In this document: in pieces, positions 24,440-43,203 of the stretch
Position numbering within the stretch: the first letter of the stretch is position 1
Layout: each line of letters begins with the position of its first letter
NCBI GenBank assembly: GCA_046563655.1
Contig: CM102290.1
Span: 14,818,001 to 14,882,000 of the forward strand
Origin: Yuukianura sp. NJ FZ-2021
Taxonomy: Eukaryota
DNA length: 64,000 bases
Direction of reading: 5' to 3'
Notes under the pieces: model-generated
Told to the model about the DNA's origin: nothing
Database searches by the model: none
The model's input: only the letters and a program-made list of their open reading frames with translations
Position numbers and translations under genes: made by a program

Positions 24440-25991
24440 GTTAAATTGTGGCGATTCCCCAGCCGAGTGAGAGCACAGTCCCAATAAAAACGTCCAAAAA
24501 TCTGAAAAGAGAAGAGAAAAGTTAAAAACCAAAGGGAAGTGCTGAAAAAACTACACGCATTCACAGCGACGTCACTTTGCAACTAAGTCACTTAGTAGTT
24601 TTTTCCCAAACTGACTTCCCACGCTGCTACTGAGAATCGAAGCAGTAGTTAATGGAAACAACTTTTTTTTCTTCTCGTTTCTCATCACATTCTTCATATT
24701 TTAGCCTTTTTGACTTTGCCCCGAACAAATGACAAGAGAGACGTGCAACAGCAGTTCAAGATTCTTCTGACCTCGATTAACAAACGATTTAAATCAATTA
24801 TTAATGTGATTGATACCTCTGTCTGGACAGAGACTTCTTGTTTCTGACGATCAGAGGCAGAAGTTGATCCGATCGTAAGTGGTTAGCTAAGAGTTGGTGA
24901 CCTTTCGTGACCTTCGTAAGTTCAGTGACACCATCCGGTTGGAAACTAACGACAGTACATCTCTCACTTCCAGAAACACAGCTGGAGTGAATCTAAAATC
25001 AATTTATTATGTAATCAGTCAGCTGTCACTTTATGTCTCTTACTAAATTGGTTGACATGCAATATAACATTATTCTTGCACCCCGCAGACGTAACCAACC
25101 ACGTAATAATTATGGATCTCGTTCAGGGTTCAACGGAATCCATGTAACTATGCAACTACGTAAGCTCTGACAATGAAAAAATACTTCCACTAGGAATGGT
25201 TAATGTAGAATTTTCGTAGTTATGGTCTCATTAAATCGTTACAATTGTGACAACTTTGGTAACTTCAACCAAGAAAATAAACAAGTTTAAAAAACCGGAC
25301 ATAAAGAATTTGAAATTCCCGCACTACCTATAAAAAGTTTGAAATGATGAAACACCTTGGAATTTACAGTTAAAATGTTGAAGCAATAGTAGCTTCAACC
25401 AAAACTTTTGTTACTGCATGTAATTTTTGTAGCTTAAATCAGTTGACTATTACAATTTTTTTCAGTAATTAGTAATACAACTTAAAAATTTTGATACTAA
25501 TCGTTTAACGGCACTTAAAGCTAATCTAATTAACGGGAGTTTTCACACATGAGAGACGGCGCGAGTGACACATTCAGATAAGCAAGCACATGTGATGAGA
25601 TATTCACGGTTGACGTTCACCAACCCAAAAGTATACACATCCCATACAATTAAAACACTTTTGGGTAATCCTAGCGACACTAATGAAGTTATTCCTGTTG
25701 ACTTAATGAAAATAGCAATTACTTATAGTCAATATTGTAGGAATTTGAGGTTGACCTAGTGGTTGGAAGTAATGTAAGGGAGTGGCAACATAACTGTACA
25801 GTTGCCTTAGTTCAACCATAGTCACATTGCATCATTTTATGTTCTAGAAAGAAACCACGCCGGAACACCCCAAAAAGTCTATCTTTTGTAGGAACCCACG
25901 TTCTTTTTGTTCTGTCTTTCTAACTGCGAAGGAAGGCGGCTTTTAATTGTGATTAACTTAACAATCTCCAATTAATTCATAAACAATTAAC

Positions 25992-29058
<3,067 letters not shown>

Positions 29059-32000
29059 AAAGTTAATTAAAAACTTAAAAAGTTTCCACACTTGCTTAGA
29101 TCTTTTGAGTAAAAATAGATTTTATACCTAATTGTTTCCCCAATGTTAAATTGTCCGTATTAGTCCTTGCATAAAACTTAAGTTTTTGTTTAGAAACAAC
29201 TTTTTTCAAAGTGGTTTTTGGAAAGTTAGTTTTTTGAAAAACTTTTTTCAATTCCTGACGATAGTGAATTCATTGAAGTTTTTTTTTCACCCCTTTGAAT
29301 TGAATTTGTCGCGGAAGTTTTTTGATTCTGTTCCCTGTCACTCTGTGTTCAAAATGGCGTAACGAACATGTTCATTTTGAATTTCAAAATGTCAAGTTGA
29401 AATTTCTAAAAAAAAAAAAATTTTTTTTGTTACTAATGAGGAAGTGATGTGTGTGACTTGTGAAGTGGAAGGGTTATGGTTTTTGTTGTTCAATTGATAC
29501 GCTTTACCTCATTCACTACAAAAACCGTAACTAAAAAGGCGTTTCTTTATCAAACGGGGTTCGATTTTTTATTGAAACGAATTCCATTTCATAAAAAACT
29601 GAATCCGTTTGACCTCCCGTACAAAAGGTCACGGAAATGTCGTTTTAGTCGCTTCATTGAATCTCTCGTTCTCTTTGAAACTACTGCTTAAGCTCCGCCT
29701 TTTTGGGAAAAAAGTTCACACGTGACATCAACAACATGACACTTTTGAAATTTTTTTTCGAGAAACTTAGTACCAGTTTTTTAAAAAAGGAAAAACTTTG
29801 CTGTTTTTACTTTTTGAGCAATAATTAGTTTCATTCAATCCAGAAAAGTTTTTGCAGTGACCAGGATTCGATCCCGTGACCCAGGCGCCGTCCCACTCAA
29901 CATGTGTAGCATGCTTGTCCATTTCCCCTGGGTTATTTTTTTCTCTTTTTCCTGTTAATGTTTTTGGTGGGAAAGTTTGAATTGTGTTTTTTGAATTAAT
30001 TTGTGGAGTGAATTAGGAAAGTCATTAATCAAGAGGGGTGTGTCTGGGCACCTCCCACTGCGCATGCGCTGTGCTCAGAACAAACTGAACCTGTTCTCCA
30101 TATTTCCATAATGAATTGGATGGATTTCAATTGTCTCTTTTTGTGACTGGAAGGATGACACTCGAGAGAGGGCCCTTGAAGGGCTCTCCAAGGGAACATC
30201 GTTGACCCTTAGTACTTGTGTTAGGCTAGGTTAATCTAACAATGACTTTCTGTCCGCAAGGGCTCTGTCCGGAGTGTCAATGGTTAACCATAAATTTGGT
30301 TCCTTGGTTCTGGAAGGAGTCCATTGTCTCATATAGGACGAAGGGACAGCTGTCGAAGGCTCAGGGGGACTTAAGGGCTCCTCCATTTCGGATGTTACCC
30401 GGCTAGCCCTTATGAAATTCAATAAATCACGGGACTTTTTAGTTCTTCTGGGACGATATTGCGACTGTTCGATTTTTTGAATGTTGCATTTCATTAAAAT
30501 TTGAACTTTTTTTGAAAATGGAAACACTTTTTGAAAAATGTTTTAAAATTTTGGTAGTTTTCAGCCAAAAGTCTAATTTTGAAAATTCAAAAAAGGGCGG
30601 GTTGTAGAGTTTGGTTTCATTTTGAAAACATGGTGACAAGCAAATCGAAATGGTTTTGGACGGATGAAGGGGTAAGTTAAGGGCCCATGATCAAAGGGAC
30701 GCCATAAGGGTACTCAAGGGCTTTGAATACTAAATGGTGTTGTTGTTCGTTTCGGTGCGAAAGTGAATGTGCTAAAAAGTTGTAGTTTTTGACAAAAGTT
30801 GGGGTAGAACGTGAGGCCCTTGAAGGGCTTGGACAGGGGCCCTTAGCTTTTGGTTGGCGTACGACTTTTCCTAATGTGAAACTCAAGCCATCTGATTTTC
30901 CTTTTAACACTCAATTAGATTTCAAAAGTCAAGCCGCGACTGCGGTTCAGAACAAAACATTTCCAGTTCAATTCTCTTCAAAACTTCAATGACTAACCGA
31001 ACAAACCACAAAAGTTTTCACTGAAATTTCAACTTTTCAGATTCGAAATTCAAAAAAGTTTAACTTTGAAATTTTGACTAGCAAGGAACACGAGTCACGT
31101 GTGATTTTTTCGGCGGTAAATTTTTCGGAGGTCAAATTCAAAAAAACTTTTGTTTTCGATACTTCGTCACCTTCGATTGTCACTTTCTTGGACATTGTTC
31201 TGGACACAATGGCCACTTTTGGACTATTGTCACGCTGTAACAAGGAAACACAAACACAATGGAGGTGTTACTTACTTGGAACGAAGGGACCCTTAAGGGC
31301 CCTCTGCCAAATTGCAATTACATCTGCCAAATTTCAAAAAAAAAGTTCAAGAAAAATTTTTGCTAGGCTTCTTTTAGACGTTTTAATTTTTAAAGGCGTT
31401 TTTAATTTTGAGAAAGGAAGACTTGATATAAAATTAATGAGAGTAGAGGATATGTGAAGGGTCGGAGGGGCCCTTGATGACAAAGTGGGCCCTTGGACTG
31501 TTTGAGGTTCTGGAAGGCTCCCTTTGGTGAGTGTTGACTGTTAGATGGATTCCTGGCCAACGATAGAGATTCTAAGCCATTAATAAACCACTAAATAGAA
31601 TTAGGATTCGGATGGGGACCCTTCATCTCAAGGGACGGAGGGCCCTTTGAATCTCTGAGCCCAAAATCTTGAAGGGCCACATACTCCAGGGCTCCATTCA
31701 TGAATGACACAGTGGCACTCGAGGGACAATGGGGGCCCTTCAACAAAGGCCCAAACTAAGCCCCCCTCTCGTAGTCAGAAGTTTAAGTCCCCCCTTGACT
31801 TTGGATTTCTGGAGGTTCAAGTACCCCCGTGGGGCCCTTGACTTTGACTTGTCGACTTGGCCAATTATGACACCTCATCCATCATTGGACAGAAAAAAGT
31901 TCCTGGAGGGCTCTGTCCATGTTACACTTCAATATTTTCAAATCAATCATCATTTTGCCAATGTTTACTTTTCAAAATTTCATAAAATTTCAAAATATTT

Positions 32001-32517
32001 GTCCGAATTGTAGCAGTTTACAGAAAAAATTGTTTTTTCAAAATTGTTCTGAATGCGGATTGTTGGTTTCATCAAAATTTTTCAAAAATTCGAAACTGAA
32101 TCATAAAAAATCGATATTTGTCAAACTGCTTTGAGCTAAACTGAAAATACTAATTGAGATATAGTTGTTTGAACTTTTTAAAAAACGCTTGTTTTAAAAA
32201 ATTTAGAACAACTTTTTTTAAAAAAAGAACAAAGTGAGAGTATGGCTGCTGTGGTTATGGTTTGCGGTGGGTTTGGAGGTTTTTGTGTGTCGCCCGGCCC
32301 TCGAAGGGCCTCCTCTCATGCCTCTTGTCGGTAATCACACAAGGGCCCACTTCAAGGGCCCTCCTAATCCTCTTATCGAATTACACTCAGACGACACTTG
32401 AACCTCCATTCAAGGAGATCACATTACAACTTGGCTCAATAACACTAATCTACTTCTGGATTGACACAAAGTGACCCTTAAGTACCCCCTTAACTCAACT
32501 GCTTCGTTTGCGTAACC

Positions 32518-33961
32518 ATGACACTTTTGGGCAAAATCTTCCGCCCTTGGGATCTCCCAGCAGAAGCAACGCTGTTTGGACAGTTTTTAGCTCCAGAAGA
32601 TCACACCGCGGCGGTTCACAAAGTTGACACAAAGTCGGACAGTGACGACGGTGTCAAGAAACCGTGTTTGTCCTCTAAAAATGTGACCGACACCGCGGCG
32701 GCGTCTCCACCCCAAAGTTCAAAGTCTCGTTCCAAGTTTCTGTTTTCAACAAACCAAATCCAGATCCAAAATCAGCGTCAAGAAACGGTACTTAAAAAAA
32801 TTTCAAAATCCAAATTGTGATTTTGTTTGAAATTTTCATTTTCATTTTCAGAAACGACACGAACCAACCAGTCCCACTGACTCTGCTTCTTGTAGTGAGC
32901 CCTTGACCCCTCTTACGCCGATGACCCCTTCAAGTCTCCTGAGTGACTTCCACAACTTGTCTGCATTTCCTCGGTCCAACAACGTGTTCCTCTACCCCAA
33001 TTCGCTGAGTGACCTTGCGAACTTGTCCAAAAGTGAGTTGACCGTGATGGGGCTCCTGCCGCTCGAACCCCCCGGGGGGCACAAGGTCAAACGCCAAAGG
33101 CCCAAGAGGTTCCACTGTCCACACTGCCAAGTCGCCTTCTCTAACAACGGACAACTCAAGGGACACATCAGGATCCACACTGGTAAGCCACATTGCCACA
33201 TTTACAAATTTACATCACAAATTTACAAAATATTTACGGATTTACGAACAATGGTTTCCGATATTTACGACAATTTAAGAAATTACTGCACAGCATTTTT
33301 ACAAAATTTCTCTACGCAAAACAATGTCACCCAATTTACGAATTTACAAATTTACGCTAGGCATATTTAAAAGTTTACGAATTTACAAATTTACGCTAGG
33401 CATATTTAAAAGTTTACGAATTTACAAATTTACGCTAGGCATTTAAGAGTTTACGAATTTACAAATTTACGCTAGGCATTTAAGAGTTTACGAATTTACA
33501 AATTTACGAAGAGGCGTTTAAAAATTTACGAATTTACGAACTAATTTCAGGCGAACGTCCTTTTGTCTGTGAAGAAGAAAGTTGTGGGAAAAGTTTTACG
33601 AGGAACGAAGAGCTGACGAGACATCGCAGAATCCACTCAGGTACTCCTTCTGTCCATTGTTTTCCTTAACCTAACATTAGGCTATTAGGCTAAATTTAGG
33701 TTAACAACCTAATGAAAACTATTATTTGGTTTAGGTTTGCGCCCTTTCCCTTGTGCCTACTGCGGAAAGAAGTTTGGTCGGAAGGACCACTTGAAGAAAC
33801 ACACGAGGACGCATGAGCGTGGACTGTTCAACCCCGCAGACATTTTGATTGGCTATCCAACTCACCCCTTCCAGCCCCTCACGCCGGAACTAACTCCGCC
33901 CTACTTCCCCCTCCCCACCCACTTCCACTACAACTTCCCCCCTACTCAACACACAACATAG
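32518..33961 (+). CDS. hkb: Huckebein-type three-finger C2H2 transcription factor; exons 32518-32787, 32852-33182, 33551-33640, 33735-33961
   Basis: N-terminal FRPW Groucho-recruitment motif (KIFRPWDL). Fingers [45 protein letters not shown] and [18 protein letters not shown] match Hkb. Confidence 0.92.
33333..33540. repeat. Minisatellite in hkb intron 2 (about 37-39-bp unit built from aatttacg/aatttaca)
   Basis: tttacgaatttacaaatttacgctaggcat repeated about 4-5 times. Confidence 0.9.
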
Positions 33962-36900
33962 GGACCCTTCATCCAGTCCAAGGCATGGCCTCCAGCCCTT
34001 AAGGGCCCTCACACCATTTCTCCACTTTCTCATGTCCCATTTCCTCACTTCCTCATTTCCTGATTTCACATTTTCTCATGTTCTGATTTCCTGATTTACT
34101 TACTACTTCATTTCATTACTTCCAGATTTCAGTAACTTCCCGATTTCCTAGCTTCCTTATTTTTTTTTACTTCCTGTTTTTCTGATTTCCTGATTTCCTG
34201 ATTTACACGGTCAACTCCTACCTCCTAACTTGGATTACGGAGAAGTTAGACTAGTTAAAGTTAAGTGAACTTGGTTTAGATTGGATTAGTTTAAGGTCAT
34301 TTATGAACTTTGACCTTTGACCTCTCACTTTTTACGTGACCTTGAGTAATTGTAGACTGAACTTGTATAAAACTTAGGTTAGGGAGAAGTAACAAAGGTT
34401 AGGCAGAGTCAATTAGGATTAGGATGCTCGATGACGAAGAATGTTACGCAGGAAATGTTACAGAATAAACAAAAAAAACGGATTTTTTCAAGTTACTTTT
34501 TTTTCGGAATTTGAAATTTTGAAATTGTATTTGTGTTGAATTGACCTTTGGGAAGTGAGAAAATAAATTTAAAGGGCCTTTCATCGTATGAGGGACTTAA
34601 GGGAGTGTCGTGCTGTGAAGGCTCAAGTAGATCCACACTTACTTTTTCCTTCAACTGAACGAAAAAGTGCAAGAATTTCAAATTTTGAATGAAGAGAAAA
34701 TTTTTGAGAGGGAAAATTTGAAAAGTCACAACAAGAAGTCGAGGAAGCTGTGAATGGGAGCCCTTGAAGGGCCTCCTGATGATCAATTGGAAGACGGATG
34801 AGGCAATTTTGTCAAACACAGTGATGGATTGGATCTACATTGTTGGAACGATTAAATTGAATATAAAATATAATATATAAATAGTAATAATAAAATAAAC
34901 CGCCCACTTTTATGATTTTATGAAGTGGATACAATGGAAGTGGAGTCATTAGTAGGCGTTTTATCGTACTTTTTACAATGAAAACTTTACGTTTTGTCCT
35001 TTTATCAAAATTTTTGAATCTCTTTGATACATTTTTTGAATCTTTTATAAAATTTTTGAAGTGAACAAGTTATGGGCGTGGACATGAAAAAAGTTGGTCG
35101 GATCCACCTCCAGAATTGTCATTTTTCAAAATTTATTGCTTCGCTGATTACTTTTTCAAAAAATTTCAGTTCAAATTCAACTAGATACTTGGAAATTTGA
35201 GATTCAAAATAATTTTTAACAAGCTCATAATTTTTTCTCAAAATTCTTAATTTGAGAATTTCTCGGTGGAATATGCGTATAAACATAGAATCCGAGTTTG
35301 CATTGACAGAAACGAAAGAACTGAAGGGCCCATGTCCCTTGACGATATATTTTGTTTCAGTTGCTTTGTCCAGAAGGGCCCATTGTTTGGATACACTTGA
35401 AAGTCAAGGGTCCCTTGACTCAGCCGAAGTGTCCACAATAAGTCAAGGGTCCTCAGCCGAAATGTCCAAGAGAATAAGTGTAGCAGATTTAACTAATTTG
35501 CTACCTTCAAACTTCTCTTTGAGCCCTTAAAGTACCCTCTTGGTCACTAAAGTGTCCAAGTGGAGCCCTTGTCAACACCCACGTCTCCAGTGACGACTGG
35601 AAGGTGCTCAAGGGGCCACAAAGAAGCCGAAGGGCCTTAAGGGCTCTCCTGCCGCCCTTTGAAGTTGTCAACTGAAGCACCCAAGAGTCCCTTTGCCACT
35701 CTCCTTGTCAATTGATCTATTTTCATTTGTCACCTTCTTTTTCATGCTCTTTTGTGGCCAAAGACGCTCGTTTTGGTTTAAAGTTAGGCTAAACCTAATG
35801 TTAGGCTAACTTTTTCGGTTAGGTTTTAAGTTAGGCTATGCTTCGTGTTAGCTCATTCACTTCTATAAGGTTTGTTCCGCACCCAATTAACACAACAATA
35901 AAAATATGAAATCATTCTCAACAGGCATGTCTAATTTTTGAAAAAAAGTTTTTCAAAAAGAAGTTTTTCGAAAAAAAAAAGTTCGGATTCAAACCTACTG
36001 TATTTTGAGTTGTGTGCTGGTGGTCGCAGAATGCGAAACGAATTGTTTTGTCAACTAACCATGTCACATTATTCTACTATGATTTCAAAAAATTCGAAAT
36101 TTCGAAAAAAAAAAAAATCCAAAACTTATGAGTTACTGTATGACTAAAATTTTCCAAAATTCAACTTCCTCGTAGATGAGAAACTAAAATTTTCCAATTT
36201 TTTTTTAAAAACACTATCACACCTTCCAACTTTCTTTCGTAGTACTTTTGGAAAAAATAGCCTTAATTAGACATAAAATTTATAACGTATTTTATTGATA
36301 TTTGAATTTTTCATGAAGCGGGAATATTTCTGTTTTTGGTGTTGAAAATTTAACGTACAATTTTTTTTTCGAATTTATTGTTATGCCAAGCCTCCATGGC
36401 CATGTTTCAAAAACTGTGAAAAGAGAAATTGGAGCGACCAACCGCACAGTTTTTAAGCAAAAACTGCTGAAAATACGTGACACTATGAAAAAGTATTGAA
36501 GATCTTGATGCTCTTTGACTAAATTGAACAAAGGGAGGTCAAGGGTCACTGGTCCCTCAAAGTCCAAGTTGATCCAATTTTTGATACTCAATTGTTAGAC
36601 TAGGTTAGTTTGATAAGTTATGTTCAATTGTTACATAAGAAATATTTGGGTGGTCTAAGAATCCTTTTCAGGGGACCCTTAAGGGCTTCCTATTATGTTT
36701 CATGGGAAAGTTTCTAAGGACAATTCCAGATTTACTGTAAAGTACGACATACATAAACCAATCACAGCACAGCATGTTAAATATTATGTTTCGCTAATTA
36801 TATATTAATAATATGTTTTAAAAAAATTAACTGATTGGTTTCAAGATGTTTGAACAATAAGGAATTCTTATTGTTTTAACCACTTTAAAGCGTCGCTTGG

Positions 36901-37469
36901 GTTTTTTGAGAGCTGGGCGCCCTCTACTGGCATAAAAGCAAAGAATAGCCGGTGGGCGGGAGAAATTTTTTGGATTTGAATTTTGAAAATTGAAAAACCT
37001 ATTTTTGTCGTTGAGTTGAGTCGTTTGTTTGTCGTCTGTTTTTTTGACCTGTCTCTTTTCTATTTTTGTTTTGAATTTGTTCAATCTTGTTCAGAACAAG
37101 GTTTTTCTAAACAAGTACAACGTTAGTCTGACGTGGATTCAACAAGTGGTTGAAACAAAACGCAACACAAGCACATCAGAAGCAAGGGAAAGGCGATACA
37201 TGTTCTTGACTTGGAAGAAACAACCAATTAACTGCTGATTTGGACAGAGGTTACTTAATTTCGATTAGTGAATTGAAATCAAGTTAAGTTAATTGGTGAT
37301 TAACAAAGGTACTTAATTGATTCCTTTCAGTAACTTTCTGGGAGCTCAAGTAATCGACCAGAGACAAATTAACTAGTTTCAATTGACTGATTAGTGGAGT
37401 TGCTATAAATGTGTGTGGTTTCTAATTAATCTGATTAATTGTTGCACCAATTAGATCTTTGAATTGAAG

Positions 37470-40504
<3,035 letters not shown>

Positions 40505-40838
40505 CTAAAGTGTGGTTTAGACTAAGGGACCCTTAGGGTGGGTACTTAAGTCACCTTGGGTACTTGACTAATGTTAAGTACCCAGGTACTTGATTGATCT
40601 AAGGTGAAGTACCTACCTACATTGCTATTTACAATAATTTTAACCGTTTTATGCTAAGGTATTGCATCAACAAATCACGGGGTAATCAAATTATTATAAT
40701 TTTATTATAATTTGGGAATTAAAATAAGTCTAACTTTTGAATAAGAATTTCAGAATTCTAAGATTGTTTTTTAGTGTTAGACAAAATGTTTTGGAAATTC
40801 CAAAATTTGGAATCCAAAATTTATGAAATGTTGAAAAG

Positions 40839-41898
40839 TTAGTCGTGGAGCAGAGTTTTGTCGAACATGAGTTCGGAGAAGTGGACAAACTGGCCCATAC
40901 GCTTGAGCGTCGAGATGTGTTCAGCGATTTTGCGAGTGCCAGCGATCTGCTCAGCGAGGAACTCTGTAGTGAGGTAGTCCACGGCCTGGGAAGCAGAAAT
41001 AGTCAAATTGAGTTAAAAGTTAACTAATTAAGTGTTAAGATTGATTAATTAAAAGTTAAGTTTTAAGTAGTACCTGGTAGTCGTTTTCGCTGGATTGACG
41101 CTTGGATTCTGGAAGGAGTGACTGAGCGACGGTGTCGAAGTTGCGATGTGTGGTCTCTCCAGAGCAAACTCCGATCATCTTCTTGATACTGGCAGTCACT
41201 CCCTTCTCCAAAGTAATGGCTGATTCCAGTGCTTTTCCCAAAGTGGACATGTCAGCGTGTCTCGGAACCTGGAAAAAGTAAAAATTTTAGAAAAAAGTAA
41301 CTTTTATCACAAATTTTGAAAATTTTGAATAATTTTAGGTTGTGAAGACAACGCGTGACCTCGTGACCTTACCATGGACGAGATTGTTTCGGGTGCAGTT
41401 TTTTCTCCGCGCATGTTCATGTAGTGAAGCAACTTCTTCGCATGTTCACGCTCTTCAAAGGCGTTTTCCAAGAAGAATTTAGCGGCTCCGGGACGGTGGC
41501 TTCCGTAATGAGAGAAGTGTACACTCTGAATTGAATTAAGTACGTTAAAAAGTAAATATATTTAATTATATTTAAATGTATTTAATTATATTTAAATATG
41601 TTAAGTACTGACCATAGTTAAGTAAGTGAGAGCAGCTTCCAGTTCCATTTGAACTTGAGCCTGCATGACATTGTGGCATTTGTCGGGCATTGTTTCCGGC
41701 GAAAACTTGTCCAGCACAAATTCATTGCTCGTGCCTCAAAACAAAAAAAAATGTTTCAATACACCCTTTTTAAATTCTAAAAAGATGATTTTTTTTTCAA
41801 AATTTCCTTTTTGAAATTTTTGTGTACTTACAAAAGTTTTGGGTGGAGTAGTGGATACAACCCATTAGAAAGCAAAGTACAATCACTCGCTGCAACAT
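40839..41898 (-). CDS. Fer1HCH: Secreted ferritin heavy-chain homologue; exons 41898-41832, 41734-41613, 41525-41373, 41268-41074, 40985-40839
   Basis: Signal peptide MLQRVIVLCFLMGCIH; QVQMELEAALTYLTM, RPGAAKFF, EEREHAKKLLHYMNMRG (ferroxidase E/E/H), LEKGVT, NDYQAVDYLTTEFLAEQ, MFDKTLL. Confidence 0.93.
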
Positions 41899-42855
41899 CT
41901 CGTCCAGTTTTTTTTCGGTTAGTCCGAAATTTCAATACCGAAGAAATTTAAAAATTTGGAGAGTGTTCAAAATTTGGAGAGTTTTCAAAATTTGGAAGTT
42001 CTGTTGAGAAAATGGTTGTTTGCTTTAACTTTGGTCTTGTGAGGGATGATGAGTAGTGGTAGCTTGTTTAATTTGTGTCTGACTGCCTCCAGTGTAGAAG
42101 ATGCTTAGACTTTGGGGGGATGAAGACACTATTTTAATTCTGGACTTTTTAACTTTAGCTTTTTAGCTCCCTACAGTTAGAAACCCCCGAGTGTCCTCTT
42201 ATATGATTTTGTGGATACAATGACGCTGAATCGCTGGTTTTTAGAGGCTGGGAATCATCCAATTCACTCGTCCCTCAAAGTAATAAACAAGACAGTTAAA
42301 GTTTTCCACTTTTAACTTTTAACTTACTTTTAAGTTTAAGTTTAAGTGTGAACTTTACTGACTTGACTCTTGTGATAGAGATAAGGAGAGTCAATCTTAA
42401 CTGCTCACTTGTGTCATTTGACCTCAAACAGCGCTAAGTTAAATGGCAGCAAAACCCCCAAAAATGGAATGAGAGCGTGACGAATCCCTCGTAATCCAAT
42501 TCTAACTCAAAAGTGATGATTTATGAGACACGCTGTTTGTGTCAAGCTAAGAATTATGGATAACCTTTGACCTTTGACCTTGAGAATGTCCAGGTCCATA
42601 TCGTGGGATGAGAAGCAATTCAAACTTGGAATTTTGTTGGTCATTTGAATGGCGCAGCGAGTTTGTTTTTTGTGTCCCACGGAAAAACAAAAGCCAGGGT
42701 GACTCAGTTGCCAATTTGGAAATTGCCAATTGAGTCCCACGCTGTAAAGTTTAAAACTTTAAGTTTTGAGACCGTGTGACGATGACACTTTGACCTTAGC
42801 AGTTTCAATTTCTAGAATTTGTTTGTTCTCCTTGCTCATCCTTCTCACGCTTTCA

Positions 42856-42862
42856 TATAAAA
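42856..42862 (+). promoter_or_regulatory. Candidate TATA box of ferritin LCH
   Basis: TATAAAA about 345 bp upstream of the LCH ATG; an AP-1 site TGACTCA lies at 42700-42706. Confidence 0.35.
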
Positions 42863-43203
42863 GAGCGATGGGTTGATATAGACGCTGATTTTTTGTGTGA
42901 CAGGGTGACAACGGGAGGGTGTCCATGTCCACCACAGACGTAGAGAGACGCCATGTCACAATTTTGCACCCCCTCCACCAAACCACCCGCTGGGTGGCTC
43001 AACTTGGTCAACTTTTGGACTCTACCAAAAAGAAGTCAATTAATTGAAGTGATAGCGTCACGGGATCCACAACTTTCCGAAGGAGCTAAAAGTTTATCAA
43101 AAATTTTCAATTGAATTAATTTTGAATTAATTAATTTGTGTGTAATTCAATTAACTTATAGAATTAACAATTAATTGCCAAGTACCGGGTAAGGTCAAAG
43201 GTC

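Noticed and set aside
25841..25853. Heat-shock element upstream of HSPA9 (gTTCtaGAAa)
   Set aside because: Only two correctly phased nGAAn units, too few to call.
30231..32474. Several 60-127 aa ORFs upstream of hkb
   Set aside because: No recognisable domains or coherent splice structure; consistent with regulatory DNA.
42077..42110. Canonical iron-responsive element
   Set aside because: CAGTGT is antisense to HCH, the upper stem does not pair, and the C bulge is misplaced.
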